From Arthrobacter phage Herb: a stretch of DNA of 32,000 nucleotides. Position 1 is the stretch's first letter; each line of letters starts with the position of its first letter. A program made the translations under genes and the position numbers. Below are positions 1 through 9,869 of this stretch, in pieces. The stretch lies in the sequence record MH450118.1. One strand, 5' to 3'. The notes under the pieces were generated by a model that ran no database searches, was not told the origin of the DNA, and saw only the letters and a program-made list of their open reading frames with translations.

Positions 1-432
1 GCGCTGTTCAACATCGGTCGCGATATCATCCAGGGTCTGATCAACGGTATCGGCTCCATGATGGGCGCAATTGGTAACGCGATCGTCTCCTTGGTTCCCG
101 GACCGATTGTCGGAGTGTTCAAGGACCTGCTCGGAATCCGATCTCCATCGAGGGTATTCTTCGGCTTCGGTGTGAACACCGTCGAAGGTTACATCGGCGG
201 TTTGGACTCCATGCGGGACGACCTCACCGACTCGATGCAGAACCTCGTGCAGCTCCCGGAGGTTCCGGCCTTCGCCAAGCAGAGCATCTACGGCTCGTAC
301 GATGTTCGGCAGGGCGATTACCGGGGCTACAGCGGACCGCTAATTGAGCAGCACGTCCACCCATCGGAGAAAATGAGCGAGGAGAACCTCGCATCCATTT
401 CGGCAGGAAAGATTGTAGGTGCTCTTCCGTGA
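1..432 (+). CDS. Tail tape measure protein, C-terminal part (gene starts before the window)
   Basis: Frame open from base 1; glycine/alanine-rich hydrophobic segment followed by 'LLGIRSPSRVFFGFGVNTVEGYIGGL', typical of tape measure C-termini; followed by minor tail genes. Confidence 0.8.
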   Translation, partial: ALFNIGRDIIQGLINGIGSMMGAIGNAIVSLVPGPIVGVFKDLLGIRSPSRVFFGFGVNTVEGYIGGLDSMRDDLTDSMQNLVQLPEVPAFAKQSIYGSYDVRQGDYRGYSGPLIEQHVHPSEKMSEENLASISAGKIVGALP

Positions 433-2549
433 CGGATAACATTCTGGTAGCTCCGAACGCGGCGACCCTGGAACTCACTACGGGCGAGAACGTCCAGTGG
501 GGGCCAGGGTCGCAGCTCCTGATTAACAAGATCAAGGGCTGGCACGGCTCCTCCCCGATCCGGCGCGACAAGTCGGACCGGGTGGGGGCGCACGGCTCGC
601 ACTCGGAGCGGGGGTGGAAAGACGAGCGTCTGATCCAGATCGACGGGGCCTACATCGGCACCTCGCCACTGGACGCGGAGATGAAAATCCAAGAACTGGC
701 GGGGCTGTTCGGAGACGGTGCCGAGGGCAAGTTCACAACGTACTCTGCTCTCGGTACCCGCTGGGCCAACGTCTACCTCGCGGGGGACGGCTTCGACCCG
801 GTATGGACCGGACGGGCGCAGTTCACCTTCACGATATTCATGCTGGCTCCGGACCCGCGCAAGTACGGCTCCTCGATCTGGTCGCCCGAGGTGGGCATCC
901 CGACTGAGAGTGGCGGTCTGCGGTTTGACCTCTTCTCGGGGCAGTGGATCACCGGTCGGACGAACTGGGCCTCCAATGGTCTGCCGTCCGCTCCGGCGTC
1001 CACCGAGTTGTACTCGACCAACCGGGCGGTGAACCCGTCCTTTGAGGGTGGGTCGCTGTCCCCGTGGGTGGCGAACAACTCCACCGCTGCCCCTACTGGA
1101 TCATTTAGCCAGATGTGGAAGTCCGGGACCAGCATCGTGCAGGTAACATCAGACGGAACCCATACACAGCCCTCGCTCTCTATGACCTCGGCCACGTACC
1201 GGCCCGCTGTAACGGCGGGTCAATGGGCGGGCATCAAGGCGTTCATGGCAACCGAGACCGGGTACGAGGTCCGGGTTTGGCTGAACTGGCGAAACGCGGC
1301 GGGGGCTACAATCTCCAACTCCCTGTCGCCCTGGCTGGTAGGTTCCTTCTACAGCGGTGCGTACCCGGAGGTTGTGGCTCAGGCCCCGACCGATGCAACT
1401 TCGGTCGGGTACTACCTGCAATTCCGGGACCCTGCCGACACGGTGAACCCTATGGCCTCTGGTAAGAGGATGTGGGCGGATGCCGTGCAGGTGTTCACTG
1501 GGGCCACTCAGGGCGAAGTCCAGACTTGGATTAACGAACCGTTCTATGATGGTTCCACCACCAACGATGATTTCGTCTACGCGTGGTCCGGTGCGGCTAA
1601 CCTCTCGGTGTCCACGAAGTCGGCTCCGATCACCCCGACCGGCTGGAACTACCTTGCGGGCACGGGAGAGGTCGGAGATACCCTTTGGAGGTCTCTCGTC
1701 GGTACAGACGGCAGGGCCGGTGTGGCGCGTCGGGCGATCTACGTTCCCAAGACCTCCGGGTCCACCGGTTGGTCCTACACCGAGTCTGGCCTGTCTGGGG
1801 TGGCGGGTGATACTTGGTCCGGGCAGATGGCGCTGAACTGCCCCAACACCCTGTCCTCCCGGCTCCGGATCACCTTCCTCATGAACAGCACTACGGTAAA
1901 CTCGGTGGACTCCAGCATCCAGCAGTTGACTGCCGGAGTGGACACCACAGTGACTGTTACAGGAGCGGCTACCGGAGACTTCAACAAGATCACCTTGTGG
2001 TTCTACCACACCACCGGCAACACCCCAGGGGTTGGCAACTACGACGCATCCCGGGCGATGATTGAGAAATCTGATGTTCCGACCCCTTGGTTCGACGGCG
2101 ACTCGCTGGACAATGGGGCCTCGGACTTCGGATGGGTCGGGACGGCCTACGCGTCGGCCTCCTCTGAACTCGTACCGGATGGGCGGGGCACGGTGGGTAT
2201 TCTGGACTTCGGCATCAACGGAAGCCCCGGGACGGCCTCTCTGACCAACCCCGGTACAGCCGACACCGGACCAAAGTTCACGATCACCGGGACCCTGGTC
2301 CCCGGGTTCACAATTACCGAGCTTGGCTCGGGTCGGCGGCTGGTGTACACTGGTACCTTGCGATCAGGGCAAACACTGGTCCTCGATACTGACGACGGAT
2401 CGGTGATCTTGGATGGTTACGCACCCCGGGACCTGCAGGTCTCCGAATGGACCCGGCTCGGACGGGGTGAAACCGCCACATGGCTCTTCGAGTCGCCCGG
2501 ATCGACCAACGCTACAATGAAAGTTGAGGTACGGCCCGCATGGTGGTAG
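429..2549 (+). CDS. Minor tail protein / distal-tail-like with carbohydrate-binding-like domains
   Basis: 706 aa ORF, GTG start overlapping upstream TGA; N-terminus Dit-like, long beta-rich middle; position after tape measure. Confidence 0.7.
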   Translation: MTDNILVAPNAATLELTTGENVQWGPGSQLLINKIKGWHGSSPIRRDKSDRVGAHGSHSERGWKDERLIQIDGAYIGTSPLDAEMKIQELAGLFGDGAEGKFTTYSALGTRWANVYLAGDGFDPVWTGRAQFTFTIFMLAPDPRKYGSSIWSPEVGIPTESGGLRFDLFSGQWITGRTNWASNGLPSAPASTELYSTNRAVNPSFEGGSLSPWVANNSTAAPTGSFSQMWKSGTSIVQVTSDGTHTQPSLSMTSATYRPAVTAGQWAGIKAFMATETGYEVRVWLNWRNAAGATISNSLSPWLVGSFYSGAYPEVVAQAPTDATSVGYYLQFRDPADTVNPMASGKRMWADAVQVFTGATQGEVQTWINEPFYDGSTTNDDFVYAWSGAANLSVSTKSAPITPTGWNYLAGTGEVGDTLWRSLVGTDGRAGVARRAIYVPKTSGSTGWSYTESGLSGVAGDTWSGQMALNCPNTLSSRLRITFLMNSTTVNSVDSSIQQLTAGVDTTVTVTGAATGDFNKITLWFYHTTGNTPGVGNYDASRAMIEKSDVPTPWFDGDSLDNGASDFGWVGTAYASASSELVPDGRGTVGILDFGINGSPGTASLTNPGTADTGPKFTITGTLVPGFTITELGSGRRLVYTGTLRSGQTLVLDTDDGSVILDGYAPRDLQVSEWTRLGRGETATWLFESPGSTNATMKVEVRPAWW

Positions 2550-3697
2550 ATACTGGATTCCGAGTGTTTGTGGGGGATGTGAAAACGGGCAAGATCAACG
2601 CGACCTTGCCCGTTTCCTCCTACAAGTGGGGCATCCGGCTGAACGGTGCGGGGCCAGTCTCCGCCACCGTCCGAGTAGCCTCCAAGGAGGCCCGGAATCT
2701 GGACCTCCGCAACCTCACCTCGACGGTCAAGCAGTTCCTCGGAGTGAGCTACGGCGACACCATCCTCGAATGTGGTCCGATCTGGAAGCGGAAGTTCGAT
2801 CCCAAGACCTACTCCTTGGACCTCCAAGGCAACGGTCTTTGGTCGATCTTCGACCGGCGCAAGAACCTACCCGGTGCGGCTCTCCGAGCAATCGGGGACC
2901 CGCTCCGGGTCGATCCCGTCAAGGCCAAGATCGCGATCAGCGGGAAGCACCTCGGGTCCATTGCCCGGGAGCTGGTCCGGATTTCGATCCAAGACAACCC
3001 GTGGGGAGGCCAGCTCCCGGTGGTTCTGCCCGCAAGCATCGCGGGGACCCACACGCGGACCTACTACGGGTACAACCTCGGGTGGCTCGGAGACGACCTC
3101 CGGGAGCTTACCGCCGCGGAGAAGGGTCCGGACCTCAGGTTCCGGCCCCGGTTCAAGGCGGGTAGCCCGGATTACGTCGAGTGGGTGCTGGAGCATGGTG
3201 CAGTTGACCTGCTCTACCAGTCTGGCCCGGACTGGAAGTGGGACGCCTCGGTGGAGCATTCTCCGGTTGCCGACTACGGTATCGACCAAGACGGCACGGA
3301 GCTGGCCGCGTGGGCTTGGGCGCCGGGTTCCGGGCAGGAGGAGGCAATGCGCCTTGCTGCTGCCCGGAATACCCGGCTCGTCAACGCCGGGTACCCGTGG
3401 ACCGAGACCGAGCAGGGGTCCTCGCAGGAGGAGTCCCAATCGGTCCTACAGTCTTTGGCCAACCGGGCCATGGCTGACCACGCGTTGCCCTGGGATTCAT
3501 GGTCCATGGTCGTGAAGGCGGACGCTGAACCCCGACTCGGGACTTATCTTCCGGGCGACTGGGCACAGGCCATCACGCCGATGGATCACCCGATCCTCCC
3601 GGCAGGTCTGCGGGCCAGGGTTCGTATGCTGGCCATCGACGGAGACCACTCCAACAACGTATCAATCGCGGTTGCGCCGATCCAAGGGAGCGTGTAA
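2540..3697 (+). CDS. Minor tail protein (siphovirus Gp37-like family)
   Basis: 385 aa ORF overlapping the previous gene; sequence style 'VRVASKEARNLDLRNLTSTVKQFLGVSYGDTILECGPIW' typical of this tail protein family. Confidence 0.65.
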   Translation: MVVDTGFRVFVGDVKTGKINATLPVSSYKWGIRLNGAGPVSATVRVASKEARNLDLRNLTSTVKQFLGVSYGDTILECGPIWKRKFDPKTYSLDLQGNGLWSIFDRRKNLPGAALRAIGDPLRVDPVKAKIAISGKHLGSIARELVRISIQDNPWGGQLPVVLPASIAGTHTRTYYGYNLGWLGDDLRELTAAEKGPDLRFRPRFKAGSPDYVEWVLEHGAVDLLYQSGPDWKWDASVEHSPVADYGIDQDGTELAAWAWAPGSGQEEAMRLAAARNTRLVNAGYPWTETEQGSSQEESQSVLQSLANRAMADHALPWDSWSMVVKADAEPRLGTYLPGDWAQAITPMDHPILPAGLRARVRMLAIDGDHSNNVSIAVAPIQGSV

Positions 3698-4728
3698 TGA
3701 CAGCCATTCCGGAGGAGCTGCCCCCGGTCCTTGAACCCGAGGTCGTGGCAGACGGCATCCCGCGCCGGAGGATGGAGACGGACCCCATCATCCAGCTCCG
3801 GCAGATGATATCCCAACTCGCGGCTGAGGTGGCGAAGCTTGGGAAGAACTCGGACCTGCGCAACGCCTCGATTTCGGGTGGCGATGGGATGGTGGTCAAG
3901 GACGAATCAGGTAACATCCGGCTCCGAATCTCAACCGAGGACGCGGCAATCATCGCGTACAAGGCGGACGGCACCGAAACTGCCCGTTACGGGCTGCTGA
4001 CCAACTCGGACCCGGGCGAGTATGGGCTGGAGGTCCTGAACGGCTCGACTTGGGTTCACATCGGTGCTCAGGTGGCGACGTGGGCCAACCTGTCCGGGAA
4101 GCCCGCGACCTTCGCTCCATCCGCCCACACCCACGCCGGGTCGGAAATCACCTCCGCTGTCGCCAACGCCACCACGGCTGCAACCGCCACACTCGCGGCT
4201 CAGGCCGACGGGTCGAGTTACGCGTTCAACAACAACGTGTCAGGCTCCACCTTCTATGCGGTCTGGGTAGGCAACGACGGCGGGTTCCACCTCGGACGGA
4301 ACACCTCGTCCATCCGGTACAAGGAGAATGTCCGGGACGCTCCCAACGACGCCGACATTATGAAACTCAGGCCGGTAATCTACGACCGGAAGCCCCAGTT
4401 CCGGCCAGTCCTGTCGGTCTTGGGTGAACCCGCCGAAGGTCCCCAGTGGAAGTCCGAGGGAGCCAAGGACGAGTTTGGGATGATCGCTGAGGAAGTGGTC
4501 GAGGTTTGGCCCGATGTAGTGACCTACTTCGAGGGCCAGATCGACGGCATCCGGTACGACCTGATCGGACCCCGGCTCATTCCCTACGTGCAGCGCCTTG
4601 TTGAGAAGACACAGCGACAGGGTAGAATGTTAGTAGATATGAACGACCGACTGGACCAGCAGGGCCGACTAATCCAGGCCCTGTCGGAGAAGCTGGCAGC
4701 GATAACACCAACGGAGGAGACAAGCTAA
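3697..4728 (+). CDS. Tail fibre protein with C-terminal S74 intramolecular chaperone/peptidase domain
   Basis: C-terminus 'SSIRYKENVRD...DEFGMIAEEVVEVWPDVVTYFEGQIDGIRYDLIGPRLIPYVQRLVEKTQ' matches the S74 chaperone pattern with the Ser/Lys region. Confidence 0.85.
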   Translation: MTAIPEELPPVLEPEVVADGIPRRRMETDPIIQLRQMISQLAAEVAKLGKNSDLRNASISGGDGMVVKDESGNIRLRISTEDAAIIAYKADGTETARYGLLTNSDPGEYGLEVLNGSTWVHIGAQVATWANLSGKPATFAPSAHTHAGSEITSAVANATTAATATLAAQADGSSYAFNNNVSGSTFYAVWVGNDGGFHLGRNTSSIRYKENVRDAPNDADIMKLRPVIYDRKPQFRPVLSVLGEPAEGPQWKSEGAKDEFGMIAEEVVEVWPDVVTYFEGQIDGIRYDLIGPRLIPYVQRLVEKTQRQGRMLVDMNDRLDQQGRLIQALSEKLAAITPTEETS

Positions 4729-5807
4729 TGTCGACAAAACGAGGGCTATTCGTCCCGGTAGCGGGGGGCAACGTCGGCACTACACCCGCCGAAGCCCGAC
4801 TGGCACTGGGCGGTCTGCTCATTGAGAACGCACCCGGGGTTCCCCGCTCCGGCGTGCTGGAGAATGCCAAGACGAACCTCGTCTACGGCTCCGGGGCTTC
4901 CATGACGCACTACATCGACCCGGCCCACTTCGTGATCCACCGGACCCAGGGTGAGGGCGCGTACGAGTTCGCCAACGAGGGAATCCAGACGGTCGCCGGT
5001 ACGGCGGCTCCGGGAACGAACTCCCGCATTGACTTGGTCTGGGTGAAGCAGAACGATACGACCAAGGGTGACGCCAACAACCTCGCTGTCGCGGGCGTAA
5101 CGGTCGGCACCGCTGCAGCCTCCCCGAGTGGTAACTACGCCGGGGTCCCTGCGGGCGCAATGGTTCTGGCGGAGGCTTTGGTGGAGGCGGGCGATACGCT
5201 CGGAACCCACCTGACCTACACCCAGGTATTCAAGTATACCGCCACCCGAGGGTCGATGATCCGGGTCCGGGACAAAACGGACCGGGACACGATCACAACC
5301 CCGGTTCAGGGCCAACAGGTCATGCGGCTGGACCGAAACAATCATATTCAGCAGTGGAACGGTACGGCATGGAAGTGGGTCTCGCAGCCGGAGCGCTACT
5401 ACGCCGACCCGGCCACGTTCAACACGGCCTCCAGCACTTCCGATAAGGTGATCGGGATCGTCTCTTCGGCCCCCACCCGCAGCTACGCCACCCGAGTCCG
5501 GGTGAACGGCCGTCTGACGGTCTCCTCAGGTGCCATCGGCTCCGGTTCGCTGCAGCTCCGGACTTGCGTCTCGGCGGGTGTCGAGCTGGTGGACGACGCC
5601 CAGGCCAAGTCTTACGTGTCGTTCGGTCCTCCCGGCTCCTACTGGCTCACCGGCAATATGGAGACCGACTGGATCGATATTGGCGCGGGTGTCTCGCCTC
5701 GGGCGCGCATCTGGACTCAGGTGGCGGCTGGGGCAGTCAACCACGCGGCCTCTTCGGACCGCAAGCGCAACCACCTTTGGTGCGAGGTGCTCCCCGCCGA
5801 TGATTAG
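4728..5807 (+). CDS. Minor tail / tail fibre protein
   Basis: 359 aa ORF adjoining the S74 fibre gene; beta-rich, 'SRIDLVWVKQNDTTKGDANNL...VPAGAMVLAEALVEAGDT'. Confidence 0.6.
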   Translation: MSTKRGLFVPVAGGNVGTTPAEARLALGGLLIENAPGVPRSGVLENAKTNLVYGSGASMTHYIDPAHFVIHRTQGEGAYEFANEGIQTVAGTAAPGTNSRIDLVWVKQNDTTKGDANNLAVAGVTVGTAAASPSGNYAGVPAGAMVLAEALVEAGDTLGTHLTYTQVFKYTATRGSMIRVRDKTDRDTITTPVQGQQVMRLDRNNHIQQWNGTAWKWVSQPERYYADPATFNTASSTSDKVIGIVSSAPTRSYATRVRVNGRLTVSSGAIGSGSLQLRTCVSAGVELVDDAQAKSYVSFGPPGSYWLTGNMETDWIDIGAGVSPRARIWTQVAAGAVNHAASSDRKRNHLWCEVLPADD

Positions 5808-6243
5808 GATCAACGGGGCACGCGGGGCAACACTGCTGGGGTTTGCGGGTATGTCCATCCTGTTCGGGGTGGCATACCTGCCGACCCCCATCTCGATTAT
5901 CCCTCCGATACCAACCGGTCTGGAACTTCTGGACTCGCTGGTGCCGCTGGGATGGTGGGGCGGGGTCTGGTTCGCAGCCGGACTCTACCTGCTCGTCGGA
6001 GCCTTCCGGCAGGACCAGTCGCGGGCCATGGCGCTATTCGCCGGGATGTGCGCGGTCTGGGCACTCTCCTACACCCAGGCATTCATCGCCGCCATGTTCA
6101 CCAACGGACATTCGCGGCTGTGGCTGGCCATGGGTCTCTACTGGTCGATGCTGGTCGCATGCGTCGGGGTCTCACGTCTGGTCAACGCTCCCATCCGGAA
6201 GATTGGTCGGTTAATCCGGGAGATTGAGGAAGGACGGCAGTAA
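5800..6243 (+). CDS. Multi-spanning membrane protein, possibly lysis-associated
   Basis: Internal ATG at 5800 in the track ORF 5530..6243 gives a 147 aa protein with several hydrophobic segments overlapping the upstream stop by a few bases. Confidence 0.6.
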   Translation: MIRINGARGATLLGFAGMSILFGVAYLPTPISIIPPIPTGLELLDSLVPLGWWGGVWFAAGLYLLVGAFRQDQSRAMALFAGMCAVWALSYTQAFIAAMFTNGHSRLWLAMGLYWSMLVACVGVSRLVNAPIRKIGRLIREIEEGRQ

Positions 6244-6569
6244 TGACCGATATCTCGGCACCAATCTTGGATGCAGTCAAGACGCTTATTACGGTGCTGG
6301 GGTCCGGGGCTGCAATGTGGCTGGTCGCCAAGCTGACTCGCAAGAGCCAGAAGGAGTCGAGCCAAATTACGTTGTTGACCAACCTTATCGACCAAGTGCA
6401 GGAGGAGCGGAAACTGGCAGTCGATCAGGCCAAGCAGATTCCGCTCTGGAGGCGCTACTCGCAGGGACTAAGGGGCCAAGTTTACCGTCTGCACGATCAG
6501 GTGGCGCGGTTGGGCGAAACCCCGGTCGAGAAGGCACCCATCGAACCCATGGAAGGGCTGGAGCTATGA
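6243..6569 (+). CDS. Small membrane protein with one N-terminal hydrophobic helix and coiled-coil tail
   Basis: 'ILDAVKTLITVLGSGAAMWLVAKL' then charged helical region; located immediately before the endolysin. Confidence 0.55.
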   Translation: MTDISAPILDAVKTLITVLGSGAAMWLVAKLTRKSQKESSQITLLTNLIDQVQEERKLAVDQAKQIPLWRRYSQGLRGQVYRLHDQVARLGETPVEKAPIEPMEGLEL

Positions 6570-7408
6570 GCACCCAGTATCAACTCTTCGAGGGCCACAC
6601 CTCGAAGAACTTTACCCCTGGCCACCTCGCGAACAGCGTATGGGGCCAGGGCAACCGCCGCGTCGAGTCGATCACGATTCACTGGTGGGGAAGCTACGGG
6701 CAGGAGTTCTGGTCCGTCGAGAACTTCCTTTGCACCAACAACAAGCCCACCTCGGCGCACTTCGTTGTACAGGATGGCCTCGTGTCCTGCATCGTCTCCC
6801 CGGACGACTGCGCATGGCACGCGGGCAACCCGTACGGCAACACCACCTCCATCGGCATCGAGTGCCGCCCGGAGGCCACGGACGGGGACTACCTGACCGT
6901 TGCCGCACTGATCGCGTACCTTCGCGGGATTTATGGTAACGTTCCCCTCGTCCATCATTACGAGTGGCAGTCCACCGCGTGCCCCGGCACCTATGACCTC
7001 GCTCGACTCGATAGCCTCGCCCGAGGCGTCGCAACTTCAAATCTAGGAGATGATCTGACCGTGGCAGAAGTAGATCGCGCCATCGCGTACGTCAAGGCCC
7101 TGGCCTCGGACGGCTGGGTGGACGCACAGGGCAAGAAGCACCCCGGCTTCATGTTCGTGATCGAGGAGAACCAGCGCCTCATTCAGGCACTGCCCGCCAA
7201 GGTCCGGGACGAGGTCTGGGGCCGACAGATCAACGTCGGCACCGCCGAGAAGCCGGTGCTCGTCCCGGCCATCCAGTACGTGGCCGACATTGGCACCGAC
7301 ACCCGGGAGCTGTTGGCCCGTCCTGTCGTCTCCGGTGGCGGTTCCGTGGACACGGAGGCAGTCGCCCAGTCCGTGTTCGACAAGATCATCGCTTGGCTCA
7401 AGCGCTAA
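6566..7408 (+). CDS. Endolysin, N-acetylmuramoyl-L-alanine amidase
   Basis: ATG at 6566 (overlaps upstream stop). 'ESITIHWWGS...TSAHFVVQDGLVSCIVSPDDCAWHAGN...SIGIECRPEATDGDYLTVAALIAYLRGIYGNVPLVHHYEWQSTACPGTYDLARL' is the classical amidase pattern. Confidence 0.9.
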   Translation: MSTQYQLFEGHTSKNFTPGHLANSVWGQGNRRVESITIHWWGSYGQEFWSVENFLCTNNKPTSAHFVVQDGLVSCIVSPDDCAWHAGNPYGNTTSIGIECRPEATDGDYLTVAALIAYLRGIYGNVPLVHHYEWQSTACPGTYDLARLDSLARGVATSNLGDDLTVAEVDRAIAYVKALASDGWVDAQGKKHPGFMFVIEENQRLIQALPAKVRDEVWGRQINVGTAEKPVLVPAIQYVADIGTDTRELLARPVVSGGGSVDTEAVAQSVFDKIIAWLKR

Positions 7409-7426
7409 CCCGGAGAGGTCCCAATC

Positions 7427-7927
7427 ATGGTTTTTGAATTTGATATCTGGAAGCTCCTGCAGGTCCTGGTCTCGACCGTGCTGCCTCTGGTAGTCGGTCT
7501 GATCACGACCCGCATGACGGCCAGTAACAAGAAATCCATCCTGCTGCTGGCGCTGTCGGTGGTGTCCGCTGCCCTCACGGAGCTGCTCTCGTGGTGGCTC
7601 GGAGGACACGAGAAGCCCTTCGACGTATTCGAGTGGCTCCTGATGGCTCTGCTGTCCTTCGTGGTCGGCGTCGGCCTCCACCTCGGCTTCTACAAAACCC
7701 CGGGTGCGGACGGTACCTCCATCGCATCCCGACTGGCTGACAAGGGCATCAAGGCAGACACCCCCGACTGGGGCGAAACCTTCCTCCAGCAGTTCGGCAA
7801 CTTGGACGCTGCAACCGCCACACTCGCACCCAATGTCGGACTCCCCGAGAGCAAGCTCCATCTGGAGGCTCCCGAGGGCGATCTTGCGGCCTTCGTGACC
7901 GCACCGGGGCCGAAGCACCTAGCCTAG
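7427..7927 (+). CDS. Putative holin
   Basis: 166 aa with about three hydrophobic segments, directly after the amidase gene. Confidence 0.6.
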   Translation: MVFEFDIWKLLQVLVSTVLPLVVGLITTRMTASNKKSILLLALSVVSAALTELLSWWLGGHEKPFDVFEWLLMALLSFVVGVGLHLGFYKTPGADGTSIASRLADKGIKADTPDWGETFLQQFGNLDAATATLAPNVGLPESKLHLEAPEGDLAAFVTAPGPKHLA

Positions 7928-7940
7928 GCTCCGAAACCCA

Positions 7941-7964
7941 GGGAGGCCCCATCCGGGGCCTCCC
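7941..7964 (+). terminator. Stem-loop terminator after lysis genes
   Basis: Perfect 10-bp stem GGGAGGCCCC-ATCC-GGGGCCTCCC. Confidence 0.65.
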
Positions 7965-7988
7965 TTACCTATGTGAAAGGGCAACCCA

Positions 7989-9104
7989 TTGGTTAACATC
8001 CTCGATTACGGTACGACTCGCGCTGACTTCCTGACCGCTCTGGCGTCCGGGGCCAAGGTCATCGAGTTTCCGGAGGGCACCTTCGACTACTCCGGTACCG
8101 CGATCAACCTCGACCGGTCGATCACCCTCCGAGGTGCTGGCCGCGAGGCTACGACCATCAAGCTGACCGAGGGGTTCCGTACCAACACGGGTGGTCTGGA
8201 CGTGGAGGGCATCGCATTCCAGGCTACCACTACCAGCTCCAACAACCGCGCATTCCAGACCACCTTCACGGGCGACGGCGTGGCATCCAGCATCTCCGGA
8301 TTCCGGTTCCACAACTGCTTCTTCTTCGGGTTCTTCTACGCGACCTACCTCGCGGGCGGGACCTACGCCAAGGCATCAGACCCGACCTTCGTTCCGGCAG
8401 GGTACGTCACCCGGATCAGCATCACGGACTGCGAGTCCTTCGCACCCGCCACCGGCAACGCAGGGCACTTCCAGCACATCTTGACCCGGGACGTGCACAT
8501 CTCCGGCTGCTCCACCCACGGTGGCGCGGGCGCGACCTCGTATAACTTCATCGGCAACAACGGTTACCTCCGGGTGATCGGCAACCACGATGATTTCAAC
8601 TCGTACGGCTCGTGCGAAATCGAGAACAACTCCGGCCCCGCGCTGGTCATGGGCAACACCTTCGGGTCTGATATCTGGGTCGACGACTCGGTTAACGTGA
8701 AGGTGATTGGCAACAACGTCGAGCGCGATATCCTGGTCTCCATCCAGAACTTCAACGTCCAGAACATTCAGGTTATCGGGAACCACGCCTCGCGTATCCG
8801 GGTAGTCAAGTTCGGGACCACCCAGACCAACCCGCTTGTGATGGACGCGATCTTGATCGCGGACAACCACCTGAACGGCACCGGCACGTACGGCATTTTC
8901 GTTCAGGACGACAACAACCGAATCAAGCGGGTGGATATCCACCACAACTTCATCACGGGCAACTACACGTCCGGGTCGGTTGGGGTCGTCAAGTACGGTA
9001 ACCTGTACTGTCAGGTCCGGGACAACTGGTTCATCAACACGGGTGTAATCGGACTCGTGGTTTCCGGCTCTGCCGGTACGGTGACCAGCTCCGGCAACGT
9101 CTAG
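7989..9104 (+). CDS. Right-handed beta-helix (pectate-lyase-like) protein, candidate tail spike
   Basis: 371 aa, TTG start after AAAGG; begins 'DYGTTRADFLTALASGAKVIEFPEGTFDYSGTAINLDRSITLRGAGREATTIKL', repeated 'I.V.GN' rungs. Confidence 0.7.
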   Translation: MVNILDYGTTRADFLTALASGAKVIEFPEGTFDYSGTAINLDRSITLRGAGREATTIKLTEGFRTNTGGLDVEGIAFQATTTSSNNRAFQTTFTGDGVASSISGFRFHNCFFFGFFYATYLAGGTYAKASDPTFVPAGYVTRISITDCESFAPATGNAGHFQHILTRDVHISGCSTHGGAGATSYNFIGNNGYLRVIGNHDDFNSYGSCEIENNSGPALVMGNTFGSDIWVDDSVNVKVIGNNVERDILVSIQNFNVQNIQVIGNHASRIRVVKFGTTQTNPLVMDAILIADNHLNGTGTYGIFVQDDNNRIKRVDIHHNFITGNYTSGSVGVVKYGNLYCQVRDNWFINTGVIGLVVSGSAGTVTSSGNV

Positions 9105-9114
9105 GAGACTCGAC

Positions 9115-9144
9115 TTGCGTCGTTAGCAAGGGATACGGTAGAGT
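9115..9144 (+). promoter_or_regulatory. Putative promoter TTGCGT-N18-TAGAGT upstream of HTH gene
   Basis: -35/-10 spacing identical to other sites here; the -35 sits in the perfect dyad CTTGC-N7-GCAAG (9114-9130). Confidence 0.5.
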
Positions 9145-9181
9145 AGACCTTGGTACACGGCGTGCTGGCGGTCCTCCTCGG

Positions 9182-9215
9182 GAGAAGGCCCTCGGAGAAA
9201 TCCGGGGGCCTTCTC
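9182..9215 (+). terminator. Stem-loop in the leader of the HTH gene (terminator or attenuator-like)
   Basis: GAGAAGGCCC(TCGG)AGAAAT(CCGG)GGGCCTTCTC, perfect 10-bp outer stem, downstream of the putative promoter. Confidence 0.55.
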
Positions 9216-9262
9216 TTGGATCGCTTGTTTTCCAGATAGACAATAGATAAGGAAGTTTGAAT

Positions 9263-9571
9263 ATGAACGGCGAACAGCCTCCGGTCTCCATCCGGACGGA
9301 AAAGTACCTCAACGAGGACGGCTCGGTGAACCTCCAGCTCACCAACGTCGCAGTAGCGGAGAAGCTCGGAGTGAACCACTCCACCGTATCCCGAATCCGC
9401 TCCGGCCAGCGCTACCCGTCCCGCGAGCTGATGCGCAAGATCGAGGGTGAGTTCGACTGGAAGGTCGTGCATCAGCTCGACCTGCTCCCGGACAAGGGCC
9501 GGAACATGCGGTACGCCCAGGAGTTCGAGAAGCTGATTCTCAAGCGCAACGGCGCTAAAGCGCGTGGCTAA
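9263..9571 (+). CDS. Helix-turn-helix DNA-binding protein, candidate transcriptional regulator
   Basis: ATG 9263 preceded by AAGGAAG; 'NVAVAEKLGVNHSTVSRIRSGQRYPSRELMRKIEGEF' is a clear HTH. Confidence 0.75.
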   Translation: MNGEQPPVSIRTEKYLNEDGSVNLQLTNVAVAEKLGVNHSTVSRIRSGQRYPSRELMRKIEGEFDWKVVHQLDLLPDKGRNMRYAQEFEKLILKRNGAKARG

Positions 9572-9869
9572 CTTTCGCCACTACACCAAGCTGGCGATGG
9601 AGCTGTCCAAGGAGGACTGCGGGCGCGTGGTGTCAGTGGTAAATGAGAGTTGGACCATCGTAGGGGTTCTGCACCGGGTGGACAACCGGGACGCCATCGA
9701 CTTCGACGACTTCCGAATGATAACCGGTCGGCGCACCATCGAGTGCTGGCTGACGGTCGGTCCGTGGAAGGCCGAGGTAGACCCCAGAACCCAAGTAACC
9801 GTCGAGGTCCCTGCCCTCCCCTCGGGTGAGGTGGCGGGGGACGTGATTCAAGGAGAAATTCTTGCCTGA
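9564..9869 (+). CDS. Hypothetical protein
   Basis: 101 aa ORF overlapping its upstream neighbour. Confidence 0.55.
   Translation: MANFRHYTKLAMELSKEDCGRVVSVVNESWTIVGVLHRVDNRDAIDFDDFRMITGRRTIECWLTVGPWKAEVDPRTQVTVEVPALPSGEVAGDVIQGEILA

Noticed and set aside
5530-5799. 5' extension of the 237-aa track ORF 5530..6243
   Set aside because: Overlaps the well-supported tail gene; the hydrophobic protein starts naturally at ATG 5800.
6224-6565. 5' extension of the endolysin ORF
   Set aside because: Overlaps gene 6243..6569; amidase-like sequence begins at ATG 6566.
7043-7918. 291-aa minus-strand ORF
   Set aside because: Antisense to the endolysin and holin genes; no recognisable domain.
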